From an uncultured Porphyromonadaceae bacterium (GTDB taxonomy: Bacteria; Bacteroidota; Bacteroidia; Bacteroidales; Porphyromonadaceae), in contig CAMYAB010000003.1 in NCBI GenBank assembly GCA_947253625.1, forward strand, positions 107,105-171,104: a stretch of DNA of 64,000 nt, given 5' to 3'. Positions within the stretch are counted from its first letter, which is position 1. Each line of letters begins with the position of its first letter. Of the stretch, positions 29,157-39,740 are shown in pieces. The position numbers were made by a program, and so were the translations under genes. A model generated the notes under the pieces. That model was not told the DNA's origin. It saw nothing but the letters and a program-made list of their open reading frames with translations, and did no database searches.

Positions 29157-31559
29157 TTAGCGCACGGAGAAGAAGAGCTTGTAGGTCATCATCGGTGTCA
29201 GGCCCTGTGTGTACATTGTCGAGTAGTCGCCCTTGCCGGGATCAAATAGGATGGACATGACGTTTTTGCGGTTGGTCACGTTTTGTAGGTCCAGTGCCCA
29301 CTCTTGGGTGATGCGCCGGCTTATCCGGCGAGTGCCTATCTTTAGGTCCGCACGGAGGTAGGACTTGGCTTGGTGGGCATTGACTTGGGTCGTGTCGAGT
29401 CCCGGTACCTCTCGCCCCTCCTTGTCGGTGGTTATTCGTATGGGCGTGTAGCGGGTCCCTCCGGCACATGACGCTTTGAGGTCTGCAAAGAGAGCCCAGT
29501 GACGGGGTAGCTCCCACTCATACCCACCGGTGAGGTTGATCAGGTAGCGGCCATCGAAGAGGGTGCTCCACCACTCTTTTCGGAATCCGGTGGTATAGGT
29601 GGATCTGTAGAGTGATGTGTTGAGGAGGAGGTAGTAGTTGTCACCGAAAAACTTCTCCACCGTGAGCTCCACACCATAGTTTCGACCCCGTCCTTTGTTG
29701 ACCAGGTTGCTCTGGCGCTCTAGGTAGTTTTGTCCGGCACCTCCGAGCTCCAGGAGTGTCCATATAGAGTTTGGGTCATTGACTACCGGCACTCGGTACA
29801 GCTCCTGATAGTAGCCCTCTATCTTGGCATGCCAGTCGGGTGCAAAAGCCCAGTCGTAGTAGAGATCCATCTGGGCACTGCGGGTGAAGTCGACCTTTTG
29901 GTTGCGGTATTCGATACCTTTGGGGCTGTAGTGGCGTATGAAGTAAAAGGAGTGCGGGAGTATCTGGCTGTAGAGCCCGGCTGCAAGTCCTATGGTGTGC
30001 GAGCGATCCGGCCGGTATTGTAGGCCCATACGGGGCTCGACGGTGTAGCGATGATTGATCGAGAGATACATACCATGCACTCCCATGGTGGCGGTCCAGT
30101 GGTCTCCTATATGCCGGCGATACTGTCCGTAGGTGCGCACCATGCCATAGTGCGGGCGCTCCTCGGTAAGCGTCTTCACTCCGCGAGCAAACTTGCTGTC
30201 GGCCACTTGCTCCAAGTAGTGTGCGCCAAAGAGGTCGCCTTTGATCCCCGCCACCACCAATCCCTCACGAGTGGGGTGCCACGTGAGCTCCGAGCGTAAG
30301 GTCCACCTATTTTCCAGTGCGGCCTCCGCCCATAGGAGGTGCCACGTATCTGAGGGGTCTCTCCGGAGGCTCATGGTGTCCACCGGCATGCCGGTATCCG
30401 AGCGTACAAAGGAGAGCTGTGTGCGGAGAGCTGTGCGAGGCGAAAACTGCACCTCGTGTGTCAGCCCGGCTACGTAGGCTGTCGAATTGATCGCTATGCG
30501 CTGTGCGAAGGAGAGCTTGTCGTAGTCGCTCCCCTCTCCCAGCTCATTGGTCGCAAAGTGTATGTGACTCTTGCTGAACAGACCGACGAAGGAGAGGGTC
30601 TGCCCATGGCCCAAGTCAAAGTGAAGTTTCGTCGTGAAGTCCTGATAGCGCGGGACGAAGGGCATCCTGACCCCCATGGCGTGCATGATATCAGGGATGG
30701 AGTAGCGATAGGAGGCTAGGTAGGAGGATTGACTGCCCTTGCGCAGGTAGCCCTCGGCCCCGAGCTCCAGGCCCCCAAAGCCTGACTGTAACCAAAACTC
30801 TTGTCGCTCCGGATTGCCACGGCGTAGCTCTAAGTCAAAGATTCCCGAGAGGGCATTGCCATAGGTCGCCGGCCAAGCGCTCAGGTGAAAGTCCGAGTTG
30901 GTCAGCAGATTGGTATTCAGATAGCTCACCTGCCCACCGGTCATGCCGACGCCGGTATTGAAGTGGTTGGGGTTGCTGATCTCGATCCCATCCAGCAGCC
31001 ACTGCACTCCGGTAGGCGAGTTGCCGCGAATGATGATGTCGTTGCGAGAGTCGTTGACGGGCATGATGCCGGCAAAGCTACGGACCATGCGAGCCGGATC
31101 ACCCAGCGAGCCGGCAAAGCGGTACGCCTCCTCGACGCTGAAGCTACGTGCTCCGGCCAGGCTAAGCCGATTGGTGGGGACACTCTTGTCGTATGGGGCT
31201 GTGACGACTACCTCTCCGAGCTTGGTCTCTGTGGGTGTCAGGACTATCCGGAGGACACTCTGCTTGCCGGCTACGACGAGTAGCTCCACATCCTGCGACT
31301 CATATCCTACGCAACTGACCAATAGGGCGTTGCGGCCAACAGGCAGCCGGAGCGAAAACTTTTGGTCCACACCGGTAACCGTGCCTATGGGTGGGTTGCT
31401 CCCACGCCGCACGACCGTGGCTCCGATGATTGTGTCGCCGGGTAGTGCGGAGACGATCTCTCCACGCACCTCTTGGGTGAATGGTGCTTGAGCCCTCAGC
31501 TGAGTCGATGAGGCAAGAATAGGAGTGAGCAGTAAGAAGAGTCTAATGAAGTGTCGCAT
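29157..31559 (-). CDS. TonB-dependent outer-membrane receptor (N-terminal carboxypeptidase-regulatory-like domain)
   Basis: Signal peptide and plug-domain motifs. C-terminal beta-barrel ending …YKLFFSVR with a terminal aromatic region. Met22 (31559) chosen over the ORF-track start at 31622. Confidence 0.8.
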   Translation of the reverse strand: MRHFIRLFLLLTPILASSTQLRAQAPFTQEVRGEIVSALPGDTIIGATVVRRGSNPPIGTVTGVDQKFSLRLPVGRNALLVSCVGYESQDVELLVVAGKQSVLRIVLTPTETKLGEVVVTAPYDKSVPTNRLSLAGARSFSVEEAYRFAGSLGDPARMVRSFAGIMPVNDSRNDIIIRGNSPTGVQWLLDGIEISNPNHFNTGVGMTGGQVSYLNTNLLTNSDFHLSAWPATYGNALSGIFDLELRRGNPERQEFWLQSGFGGLELGAEGYLRKGSQSSYLASYRYSIPDIMHAMGVRMPFVPRYQDFTTKLHFDLGHGQTLSFVGLFSKSHIHFATNELGEGSDYDKLSFAQRIAINSTAYVAGLTHEVQFSPRTALRTQLSFVRSDTGMPVDTMSLRRDPSDTWHLLWAEAALENRWTLRSELTWHPTREGLVVAGIKGDLFGAHYLEQVADSKFARGVKTLTEERPHYGMVRTYGQYRRHIGDHWTATMGVHGMYLSINHRYTVEPRMGLQYRPDRSHTIGLAAGLYSQILPHSFYFIRHYSPKGIEYRNQKVDFTRSAQMDLYYDWAFAPDWHAKIEGYYQELYRVPVVNDPNSIWTLLELGGAGQNYLERQSNLVNKGRGRNYGVELTVEKFFGDNYYLLLNTSLYRSTYTTGFRKEWWSTLFDGRYLINLTGGYEWELPRHWALFADLKASCAGGTRYTPIRITTDKEGREVPGLDTTQVNAHQAKSYLRADLKIGTRRISRRITQEWALDLQNVTNRKNVMSILFDPGKGDYSTMYTQGLTPMMTYKLFFSVR

Positions 31560-31684
31560 AGTACCTTGAGTACGTTGTTGAATAGCGTAGACAAAGGTAC
31601 AAACACATGAGTGCCCCAACAATATTTTAGACTTGTTTTTTCCGTCCCTCTGACCTCCAAGTCTGATCCGAATAAAGGCTACTA

Positions 31685-33043
31685 CTATTTGGCGGTGGCG
31701 GTGGTCACTTTGCCACAGCTCCGCAGTGCCTCAAGGATCAGCTCCACAGAGGCCGGGATACCGTATCGGTCGGAGGCTATGACGAGGTCGTAGTTGAGCG
31801 CATCGGACCAGTTGCGCCCGGTATAGTGCTTGCTGTAGTAGGCGCGTTCACGGTTTCGTTGATCGATCAGGGCAGACGCTTCGCCCTCGGGTATACCGTA
31901 CCTGTGGATCGCTCGCTCTCGCCTAAAGTCGGCTTCGGCATGCACAAAGACACTAAACAACCCCGGATAGCCCTTGAGGATATAGTCGGCGGCACGTCCC
32001 ACGATCACACAGGGTCCTTTTTGGACCAGGTCGCGGATTACCTGTGTCTGGACCATGAAGAGAATGTCCTCGGGCGGATCCTCCTCGTTGACGTAGGCGT
32101 AGTTTTCACGGTAGAGCTTATCAAAAAGGCTCGTCCGCAGTCTCTGCTCGTTTTCGGCCACGTATTCTTTGGTAAAGCCCGACTTTTCCGCTGTCAGGTC
32201 GATCAGCTCACTATCGTAGAGAGGCAGGCCCAGTACTTCGGCGAGTCGCTGCCCGATCTCATGGCCTCCGCTGCCGTACTCACGGGCAATGGTGAGGACA
32301 AAGTTGCCGGAAGCCACCGCCGAGTCGTCCGCAGTGGACACGACGGCCATCTGCTCCTCCTCTGAGGCGAGTGCTCGGTCGACAAAGGCGGTGTTGCGCT
32401 GGATCCATGCGATGATGTTGCCCACGAGCAGTGCGGAGAGCAGGGTGCCCTCGCGGACAGCCTGGATGCCCCCGACGAAGATGAGCGAAAGGAGTACGGC
32501 TGTGGCGGTGAGTGCGGAGTCGAATCCGGTCTTGGTCTTGCCAAAAGCGAGGCGGAAAGTGCGGGAGATGGCTAGCGTAAGCCCCTCAGCCGGCATGCAG
32601 GTCACGCCGGAGCGAACGGTCAGGAAGACCCCGACGGCCATCACAGCACAGCTCAGCAGTGCCAGTAGCAATTGTCCCAGGTAGTGGACGGGCAGTAGTC
32701 CCGAGAGGAGCCAGAGGTTTAGGTCCGTGAAGAGACCATAGAAGACTCCGGCCGGTACTTGCAGTAGGTGACGTCTCCCAAACTCCTCTCGCAGGACTGC
32801 CCATTGCGCCAGGACAAAGAGGGTATTCATCAGGATCGTAAAGGTCCCCACGGTCAGAGCCGGTACGGCCAGGCTCAGCACATACGGAACAGACGACACC
32901 GGTGTCGTACCCAGCGACGACCGGATCGATAGGGCCACGCCCAACCCCATGATGTAGGCCCCCAGCACAAACATCAGCAGCCGGAGGGGCATCTTGTTTT
33001 GACGGATTGTATTCATAAAAAGGTTTGATGCTTCAGCCAGCAT
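31685..33043 (-). CDS. Fusion protein: YczE/YitT-like polytopic membrane domain plus a C-terminal cytidylate-kinase-like (AAA) domain
   Basis: N-terminal ~210 aa with about 6 TM helices. C-terminal domain FVLTIAREYGSGGHEIGQRLAEVLGLPLYDSELI resembles the cytidylate-kinase-like family. Confidence 0.5.
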   Translation of the reverse strand: MLAEASNLFMNTIRQNKMPLRLLMFVLGAYIMGLGVALSIRSSLGTTPVSSVPYVLSLAVPALTVGTFTILMNTLFVLAQWAVLREEFGRRHLLQVPAGVFYGLFTDLNLWLLSGLLPVHYLGQLLLALLSCAVMAVGVFLTVRSGVTCMPAEGLTLAISRTFRLAFGKTKTGFDSALTATAVLLSLIFVGGIQAVREGTLLSALLVGNIIAWIQRNTAFVDRALASEEEQMAVVSTADDSAVASGNFVLTIAREYGSGGHEIGQRLAEVLGLPLYDSELIDLTAEKSGFTKEYVAENEQRLRTSLFDKLYRENYAYVNEEDPPEDILFMVQTQVIRDLVQKGPCVIVGRAADYILKGYPGLFSVFVHAEADFRRERAIHRYGIPEGEASALIDQRNRERAYYSKHYTGRNWSDALNYDLVIASDRYGIPASVELILEALRSCGKVTTATAK

Positions 33044-33144
33044 CCGAAATGTTGGTCCGAGAGAAACCCAGTATAGTCATAATAAATGAAAGAATCCACC
33101 TTGCACACACCCGACTACGGTCCGTCTCGGGCAGTGGTCCCGGG

Positions 33145-34245
33145 CTATCGGAGGTCTGTCTTTTTGGAGAAGTGGTCGAGGAGGCTATTGAGCTCCTTTT
33201 CATCGCCTTTTGGTGCGATGAAAAGGACATCGTCGGTGTCCAGCACCACATAGTTGTCGAGCCCGATGACGACCACTTGCTTGTCGGGGTTGGTGGTCTT
33301 GATGAGTGTGTCTGTGGATCGATCGTCGAAGATCATGCGGGGTCGTCCGGCCGGTACGGGGTCGTGTCGTTTGTGGGCTGTGTGCTTTTCGAGGTCGTGC
33401 AGGCTGGTCCAGGTCCCGACATCGCACCAGTCAAAGTCGGCCTGCATGGTGTAGACGTTTTGGGCTTTTTCCATGACACCGTAGTCGATCGAGATGGCCG
33501 GGCAGGCCTCAAATGCTCGGTTGACCAACTCGGTCTCTCCGGCTTGGAAAAACTGGTCGATCTCCGCAAAATGTATGGCCACCTCGGGTAGGTACTTCTC
33601 TATGGCATCGATGATGTCTCCGGCTTTCCAGACGAATATCCCGGAGTTCCAGAGGTATCGTCCGGAGGTCAGCATCTCCTTGGCTTGCTGCTCCTCGGGC
33701 TTTTCCTTGAAGGCTTTGATGGGACCCACACCGCCTTGCCGGATCATTTCGTCGGACATTTCGATGTATCCATAGGCGGTAGCGGGGTAGGTGGGTCGTA
33801 TCCCTATGGTGAGGAGGACGCTGTTTTGGTGTACGTAGTGGATGGCCTGGTTGAGGGTTTTGTGAAAGGCCTCCTCATTGCCTATATAGTGATCGGACGG
33901 GCAGATGACCATGATGGCATCCGGATCTCTGTCGGCGATCCTGTATGCGGCATAGGCGATGGGTGGGGCTGTGTTTCGCCTCAGTGGCTCGGTGAGTACC
34001 TGTGAGGGCTGGATGGCCGGCAACTGCTGGAGTACCTCCGGCTCGTAGCGCTCACCGGTCATGACCATGAAGTGGTCAAAAGGTATGAGTGCCTCAAATC
34101 GGTCTGCTGTCTCTTGGAGCATGGATTTGCCGTTGCCCAGGATGTCCAAAAACTGCTTGGGCTTGTCTTCGCGGCTCAGGGGCCAGAATCGGGTGCCGGC
34201 ACCTCCGGCCATGATCACGCAGTAGGCTATCTGGTTGGGGATCAT
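33145..34245 (-). CDS. manC: Mannose-1-phosphate guanylyltransferase
   Basis: VIMAGGAGTRFWPLSREDKPKQFL nucleotide-binding motif and a left-handed beta-helix C-terminus. Confidence 0.85.
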   Translation of the reverse strand: MIPNQIAYCVIMAGGAGTRFWPLSREDKPKQFLDILGNGKSMLQETADRFEALIPFDHFMVMTGERYEPEVLQQLPAIQPSQVLTEPLRRNTAPPIAYAAYRIADRDPDAIMVICPSDHYIGNEEAFHKTLNQAIHYVHQNSVLLTIGIRPTYPATAYGYIEMSDEMIRQGGVGPIKAFKEKPEEQQAKEMLTSGRYLWNSGIFVWKAGDIIDAIEKYLPEVAIHFAEIDQFFQAGETELVNRAFEACPAISIDYGVMEKAQNVYTMQADFDWCDVGTWTSLHDLEKHTAHKRHDPVPAGRPRMIFDDRSTDTLIKTTNPDKQVVVIGLDNYVVLDTDDVLFIAPKGDEKELNSLLDHFSKKTDLR

Positions 34246-34266
34246 ACTCAGGGATTATTTTTGGGG

Positions 34267-36009
34267 TCAGTGAAAGTCCTTGTAGAGCAAAGCGCTGTCT
34301 CGGGGTATGGCGGTCTGCATCCACTGTGTGGGGACAAATTGCCACCGGCTGACTGTGTGCGGGGTGTAGGGATCGTTTTTGCTCAAATACTCGCTGAGGT
34401 AGTATCGGATATCATACTCAGATACTGCCACTCGCCTGGAGTCGATAGAGTCTGTGGGGATGCCGGCGCCTTGTGTCAGTAGTCCGCCGCCACCGTTCCC
34501 TCGATAGGAGTTGAGTACCACCAGGTAGGTTTGGTCGTCTGAGAAGGCGGATCCATCTGCCATCGAGGAGATGACCACCCGTTGGCCTCTGGGTTTGGAG
34601 AGGTCGACGGAGTAGATGATCCCCGCAGCTGTGTCAAAGTTGAAGCTGGGTCCCGCCAGAGGCAGATAGAGGCCGCCACGCTTCTTTTCGTTGATTTTCA
34701 GCATCGGGTCGTCGGGTCCGGACATGGTGTGGTAGAGGCGGTCGTAGCTCTCCTCGAGGTGACCACGTAGCTCTTTGCCGGACAGTCGCATGAGGTAGGC
34801 TCGATTTTCGTACTTGTATAGGCGAAAGAGGTCACCCACGACTAGGTCGCCCTTGGGAATGCATGTGTTTTCGGCGAGAGGTGCGGTGATAGAGACTTGG
34901 GCCTGAGGAAAGAGTCCGAGCTGTACTTCGTGTATGAGGTCGACGAAAGGTGTGGGGCGGAAAAAGGCACCACGGCTCTCCATGGTCTCCGTGACGTGCC
35001 CCACTCGCTTTGAGACATAGTCCAGGACGCGGTTTCGATGCGGGGTGAAGTTTTGGACAAAAAGTGACTGTGGTGCGATGGTGTCCATGGAGACGATGCG
35101 TGGACGGATGGCTTTTTCACCGTTTTTGCCAAAAACAACGGTGGCGTGTGCCACGGCATCAGCGTTTGGTCCGGGGTTGAGTAGATAGGTGGTGTGGTTG
35201 TCATCGTGCACGATGGAGTCCACGTAGGTGCGGTGGTCGTGTCCACATAGGACGAGGTCCAGCTCGGGTATCTCTCGGGCCAGTGCGTAGCCTACATTCT
35301 CGGGGTCATAGGGTAGGGCTGGGTCTTTGGGTCCTGCTCCGCTGTGGATGAGTGCTATGATCAGGTCGGGGTGAGCCTCTAGGATCTCCGGCAGATAGCG
35401 CTTGGCTGTCTTCACCTGATCGTCAAAGCGGATGCCACTCCAGAGGACTTCCGGCAACTGATGGACGAGTTCCGGTGTGATGAGACCGAGTATGGCCACC
35501 TTTTTGTCGCCCTTGGTGACCAGTGTGTAGGGCTTGAAGTAGGACACCATGCTCAGGGTGTCGTCGGGGTTTTGGGTCCGGATGGCGTTGGCGGCAAGGA
35601 AGGGAAAGTTGGCCTCCCGTACGAGTCGGTCGTAGACCGAGTGCCCGGTCTCTATATCGTGGTTGCCGACAGTGAAGGCATCGTACTGCATGTAGTCGAG
35701 GATCTGCATGGCGACATGCGGAGCCAAGGTGTCTATGTAGTTGTAGAAATAGGCTGCCGGCTGACCTTGCAGGAGGTCACCAGCATCCACCAGTACCACG
35801 GGTTCGCCTTGGAGTCTGTAGTGTGCCACGTAGCTCTGTACGCGTGCCAGACTGCCGGTGGAGGGGCAGTCGTTGAGCAGGTCTTGGGAGAAGTAATTGC
35901 CATGCACGTCGGTTGTCTGGATGATCTCCAGTACAGTGGTGCTTGTTTTTTCTTGGCAACCTATGAGGAGTAGGAGGAGAGCCGCTGAGGCTATGAGGTG
36001 TCGTTTCAT
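34267..36009 (-). CDS. Bifunctional metallophosphatase / 5'-nucleotidase (UshA-like) lipoprotein
   Basis: Lipobox (LLIGC). TTDVHGN, GDLLQG and VGNHD phosphoesterase motifs. 5'-nucleotidase C-terminal domain. Confidence 0.8.
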   Translation of the reverse strand: MKRHLIASAALLLLLIGCQEKTSTTVLEIIQTTDVHGNYFSQDLLNDCPSTGSLARVQSYVAHYRLQGEPVVLVDAGDLLQGQPAAYFYNYIDTLAPHVAMQILDYMQYDAFTVGNHDIETGHSVYDRLVREANFPFLAANAIRTQNPDDTLSMVSYFKPYTLVTKGDKKVAILGLITPELVHQLPEVLWSGIRFDDQVKTAKRYLPEILEAHPDLIIALIHSGAGPKDPALPYDPENVGYALAREIPELDLVLCGHDHRTYVDSIVHDDNHTTYLLNPGPNADAVAHATVVFGKNGEKAIRPRIVSMDTIAPQSLFVQNFTPHRNRVLDYVSKRVGHVTETMESRGAFFRPTPFVDLIHEVQLGLFPQAQVSITAPLAENTCIPKGDLVVGDLFRLYKYENRAYLMRLSGKELRGHLEESYDRLYHTMSGPDDPMLKINEKKRGGLYLPLAGPSFNFDTAAGIIYSVDLSKPRGQRVVISSMADGSAFSDDQTYLVVLNSYRGNGGGGLLTQGAGIPTDSIDSRRVAVSEYDIRYYLSEYLSKNDPYTPHTVSRWQFVPTQWMQTAIPRDSALLYKDFH

Positions 36010-38162
36010 CGGATGCAGTGCAGTTCGGAGGTGATGCGATCGGCGCCTAGGACACGATCCAGGACAAAGACGACATAGCGGATGTCGCAGATGATGCTAC
36101 GCTGGTAGTCGGGTAGGTAGTTGATATCGCCACCGACCCCCTCCCAGTTGCGGTCAAAGTTGAGCCCCACCAAGTACCCCTCGCCATTGATCACCGGGCT
36201 GCCGGAGTTGCCACCGGTAGTGTGGGTCGTGGCACAAAAGTTGACCGGCATCTTGCCATCCTCGCGGGCCAATCGGCCAAAGTCCCGGGACCGAAATAGG
36301 TCTACGATATTGGGTTGTAGCCCAAACTCATAGTCACCCGGTACGACCTTCTCGAGTACGCCATCAGTGGTGGTCATCGGGCCGTAGTAGACATTGTCTC
36401 GTGGCGAATACCCCTTTACGGTTCCAAATGTGTACCTCAGGGTGAGGTTGGCATCCGGCCATAGGTTTTCGTCCCCCTTCATACGCATGATGCCCTGGAC
36501 GTATAGGTGCCTTGCTGCGGCGAGAGTGCGGTACAGAGGGCGCATGGCCTCCTGGGCATCGCTGTTGGCGTTGTGCACGGCCTCTGCCAGCATGACGGCC
36601 GGGTCTTGTAGGTACTGCTCGTAGGTGTAGGATTGTAGAGCGGACTTGAGGTGTTGGGGATCTCGGTAGATCGTGGTGGAGTAGACGAGGTCTGCATATC
36701 GGTCGGTGTCGTCTATTAGATCAAAGATCCCTGTGCGCTTGTCCTTTTCCTTGAAGGCTTTGAGGAGTGCCTTGGTTACCTTTTTGTCCACTTCGGCGCT
36801 GTAGTCGTTGTCAAAGTGGTGTCGGTACTTATTCTCTATCCAGCTATTGAGCAGTGTCTCGTCAGCCTGTAGTTTGGCCAGCTCTTCTTGGTCTTTTATC
36901 CGTGGCAGTCGTATGAGTTCGCTACCTTGTATGAGCCCTTCGTTGAGCAGCTTGTAGGTGTATCGGTAGGGTCGTATCTCCTGTATGGTGGCCTCTATCT
37001 TGTCCATTGCTGCGATGTAGACCGGTAGCTTGTTTTTCAGGGCCCACTGTCGGAGCTGCTGCATTTCGGCCTGTTTTCGTCCGGCAAAGTCGAGCTTGTC
37101 GATGGCCCAGTTGGACCCTATCGCCCGTTTGTGTCCGTTGGCTGAGTAGGCATACTTGGCGGCGTAGCGGATGTTGGTCTGCTCGTCACGCATCATCTCC
37201 TCGAGCATCACCTTTTGGCGGATATCCCTCATCTCTATCCGCACATCGTTGTCCACGTCGTGAAATAGGCGTACCTCCGGAGCGGTAAAGAAGTGGTTGG
37301 TCGTACCCGGGTGCCCCATGATCATGACGAAGTCATCTGGTTTTACGCCACGGAGGTCTATCTTGAGGTAGTTTTTGGGCTTGAGTGGTACGTTCTCTGG
37401 AGCATACTCTGCGGGAGAGCCATCGGGTGCGGTGTAGATCCTGAAGATCGAAAAATCCCCGGTGTGTCGTGGCCAGGTCCAGTTGTCCGTGTCGGCTCCA
37501 AACTTGCCTATGCCGGATGGTGGTGCGGCCACCAGTCGGACATCACGATACTCGCGTCGCACGTAGAGGTAGTACTTGTTGCCTTCAAAAAAAGGCTTCA
37601 GATCCAGTCGGAGTCCCGCTGTCGTCTCACCTCTGTGCTCGCTATACCAGCGATCGGCGATGCGCCGGAGGTACTGCTGAGAGAGGATCACCATGAGGTC
37701 CTCTTCACCGTCTTTGGCTGTGTAGTCCTGTACGTAGTCCGTGAGGTCAATGATCTCTTCGGTAAAGGTGACTTTCAGTCCGGGGTTGGGCAGCTCATCT
37801 GCCAATCCCGGGGCATAAAACCCATCCCGTAGGTAGTTGTGCTCGATCGTGCTGTGCATCTGTATTTGGTCATAGCCACAGTGGTGGTTGGTGAGCACGA
37901 GTCCGTTGGGCGAGACCACTTCTCCGGTGCATCCGCTCCCAAAGAGTACCACGGCATCCATCAGCATAGGGTCACCGGTGGTGTTGTATAGCTGTTCGGC
38001 TCGGAGCTTTAGCCCCATCTTTTGCATCTTGTCATAGTTTTGTTTTCGGACAAGTGGGAGCAGCCACATTCCCTCGTCGGCACGTGCCATGGGGACGAGT
38101 AGGATCGAGACGATCAGTAGCGTCAGGGCTCTATGGGCTTTGGTCAGTAGGTTGTTATTCAT
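36006..38162 (-). CDS. S46-family dipeptidyl-peptidase (DPP7/DPP11-like)
   Basis: Signal peptide followed by the DEGMWLLP N-terminal hallmark. Chymotrypsin-fold catalytic residues (TNHHCG …GGNSGSPV). Confidence 0.85.
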   Translation of the reverse strand: MNNNLLTKAHRALTLLIVSILLVPMARADEGMWLLPLVRKQNYDKMQKMGLKLRAEQLYNTTGDPMLMDAVVLFGSGCTGEVVSPNGLVLTNHHCGYDQIQMHSTIEHNYLRDGFYAPGLADELPNPGLKVTFTEEIIDLTDYVQDYTAKDGEEDLMVILSQQYLRRIADRWYSEHRGETTAGLRLDLKPFFEGNKYYLYVRREYRDVRLVAAPPSGIGKFGADTDNWTWPRHTGDFSIFRIYTAPDGSPAEYAPENVPLKPKNYLKIDLRGVKPDDFVMIMGHPGTTNHFFTAPEVRLFHDVDNDVRIEMRDIRQKVMLEEMMRDEQTNIRYAAKYAYSANGHKRAIGSNWAIDKLDFAGRKQAEMQQLRQWALKNKLPVYIAAMDKIEATIQEIRPYRYTYKLLNEGLIQGSELIRLPRIKDQEELAKLQADETLLNSWIENKYRHHFDNDYSAEVDKKVTKALLKAFKEKDKRTGIFDLIDDTDRYADLVYSTTIYRDPQHLKSALQSYTYEQYLQDPAVMLAEAVHNANSDAQEAMRPLYRTLAAARHLYVQGIMRMKGDENLWPDANLTLRYTFGTVKGYSPRDNVYYGPMTTTDGVLEKVVPGDYEFGLQPNIVDLFRSRDFGRLAREDGKMPVNFCATTHTTGGNSGSPVINGEGYLVGLNFDRNWEGVGGDINYLPDYQRSIICDIRYVVFVLDRVLGADRITSELHCIR

Positions 38163-38643
38163 GGTTGGTGTTCCAGGTCGTGTAGGGGTGCTGGGCGAGG
38201 TTGTTATTCAGGTACTTGGGGTCATTGGAGATCTCCCTGCCTATCCACTCCGGTAGGTTGACGGGGGTGTCGAGTGAGGGAAGCTCCACCTCAGCGAGGA
38301 TGAGCCCCTCATTTTCTTCTTCAAAAAAGTCGACCTCCCACAGCATGCCATCCAGGTGGATGTTGTGCCGTTGCTTGCGGATGATGTGGTAGGGGCTGAG
38401 TGCGAGTAGCTCCAGTGCATCCTCCACAGGGATACTGTACTCGTACTCATCGCGTACAGCCGGTTGGTCCGACGACGCATGCTTGATGGTGATAAAGGCC
38501 TGGTCCTGATCCACCACCCTCACTCGTATGCTCAGTCCTTTGCTATTGAGCAGATAGCCTTGGCGGAAGTGATGGATACTGTCGGAGTCCGGCAGAGGTA
38601 CTCCCTCTTTTAGTAAAAATCGTCTCTCTATCTCTATACCCAT
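38155..38643 (-). CDS. CYTH-domain protein (triphosphate tunnel metalloenzyme)
   Basis: The EIERRFLL N-terminal EXEXK-like motif defines CYTH. Confidence 0.7.
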   Translation of the reverse strand: MGIEIERRFLLKEGVPLPDSDSIHHFRQGYLLNSKGLSIRVRVVDQDQAFITIKHASSDQPAVRDEYEYSIPVEDALELLALSPYHIIRKQRHNIHLDGMLWEVDFFEEENEGLILAEVELPSLDTPVNLPEWIGREISNDPKYLNNNLAQHPYTTWNTNHE

Positions 38644-38660
38644 GTCTCTTTTTATCTCAC

Positions 38661-39740
38661 TTATCTCACGGTTACTTGTGTCGCTCCGAATCCATACTCC
38701 TGAAACGAAGCATCCCTCACCTCACAGCGTGGGTACTCACGTCCAAGCAGTGCCAGTACCTGCTGACGCAGCACCCCATTTCCCTTGCCGTGGATGAAGA
38801 CAATCTGCATCCCCTTGTCCTTTGGCTTGCTGTAGTGTCGCATCGTCTTGCGCACCTCCTCCAGCTGGTAGTCCAGTAGCTCCAGGTGTGTCATCCCGGC
38901 GGTGGTGTCGAGGAGTTGGTCGATATGGAGATCCACCACCAGGGGGCTTGCCTTTTGGAGTCGAGCACCCTCACGGCGACGCTTATCCGGCCGGGGCTCC
39001 GGTGCCATTTTTTCCATCATGGCTTCGGCAAGTTTTGTGGGGTCCACCTTTCGGGCCGCGACGGGGCGATCGTCCTGCACTATGGGGTAGACAAGAGCGG
39101 CGTCGTCAAAAAAGTCGTTGGGTACAAAGGCGTTTTTCTTGAAAAACTTCATCCCCTCCACCTTTACCTCAGCCACCACGGGCTCTTTGCGTGCAAAGGG
39201 GCAATCCGCCATGAAGGGGATCACCACCAGGGAGGTGCGGGCACGGTCGTCCAGCTCACGAGGTGTAAAGGTCTCCAGCAACTCGATGCTGTCGAACCCC
39301 ACCACTCCCATATACCTCACCTGCCGTCGGTCATCACGCCCCGTGGCATAGTACACGTAGAGGTCGTAGGAGGAGTTGTTGACCAAGTAGGCCTCATACA
39401 GCCCTTCACCCAGAGGCTTCCCCTCCTCCGGCAAGTAGCAGAGGTAGGCATTGATCCTGGTTCGATCCTTGGGTCGCACACGATCGGAGCGTGGCTCGGA
39501 GAGGATGGGCGATGGCTGACGCTCGGTGCGCTCGGGGGCACTCTTGCCGGTGGTACTCTGCACCTTGGGCACTATCGTACTCCCCTCGGTCACGACCACC
39601 ACCTCGTGTGCAAAAAAGGGTAGCTCAAAGCCCGACTCATCCCGAACCAGCACTTTGCCATCACTGGATACTTCGGTCACCACTCCACCACCCACACTGT
39701 TCAGAAAGCGAACCAAGTCGCCTTTGCGTACATCACTCAT
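38661..39740 (-). CDS. Smr-domain protein (DUF2027 N-terminal + Smr C-terminal)
   Basis: C-terminal VVDLHIDQLL…QIVFIHGKGNGVLRQQVLALL Smr nuclease-like domain. Confidence 0.7.
   Translation of the reverse strand: MSDVRKGDLVRFLNSVGGGVVTEVSSDGKVLVRDESGFELPFFAHEVVVVTEGSTIVPKVQSTTGKSAPERTERQPSPILSEPRSDRVRPKDRTRINAYLCYLPEEGKPLGEGLYEAYLVNNSSYDLYVYYATGRDDRRQVRYMGVVGFDSIELLETFTPRELDDRARTSLVVIPFMADCPFARKEPVVAEVKVEGMKFFKKNAFVPNDFFDDAALVYPIVQDDRPVAARKVDPTKLAEAMMEKMAPEPRPDKRRREGARLQKASPLVVDLHIDQLLDTTAGMTHLELLDYQLEEVRKTMRHYSKPKDKGMQIVFIHGKGNGVLRQQVLALLGREYPRCEVRDASFQEYGFGATQVTVR

Noticed and set aside
33025-33591. 188-aa plus-strand ORF antisense to the 5' end of manC, and other antisense ORFs over 100 aa (e.g. 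35461-35973, 37293-37832, 38886-39623, 49607-50215)
   Set aside because: All lie antisense within strongly supported genes and have low-complexity Gly/Val/His-rich translations. Typical high-GC antisense ORFs.
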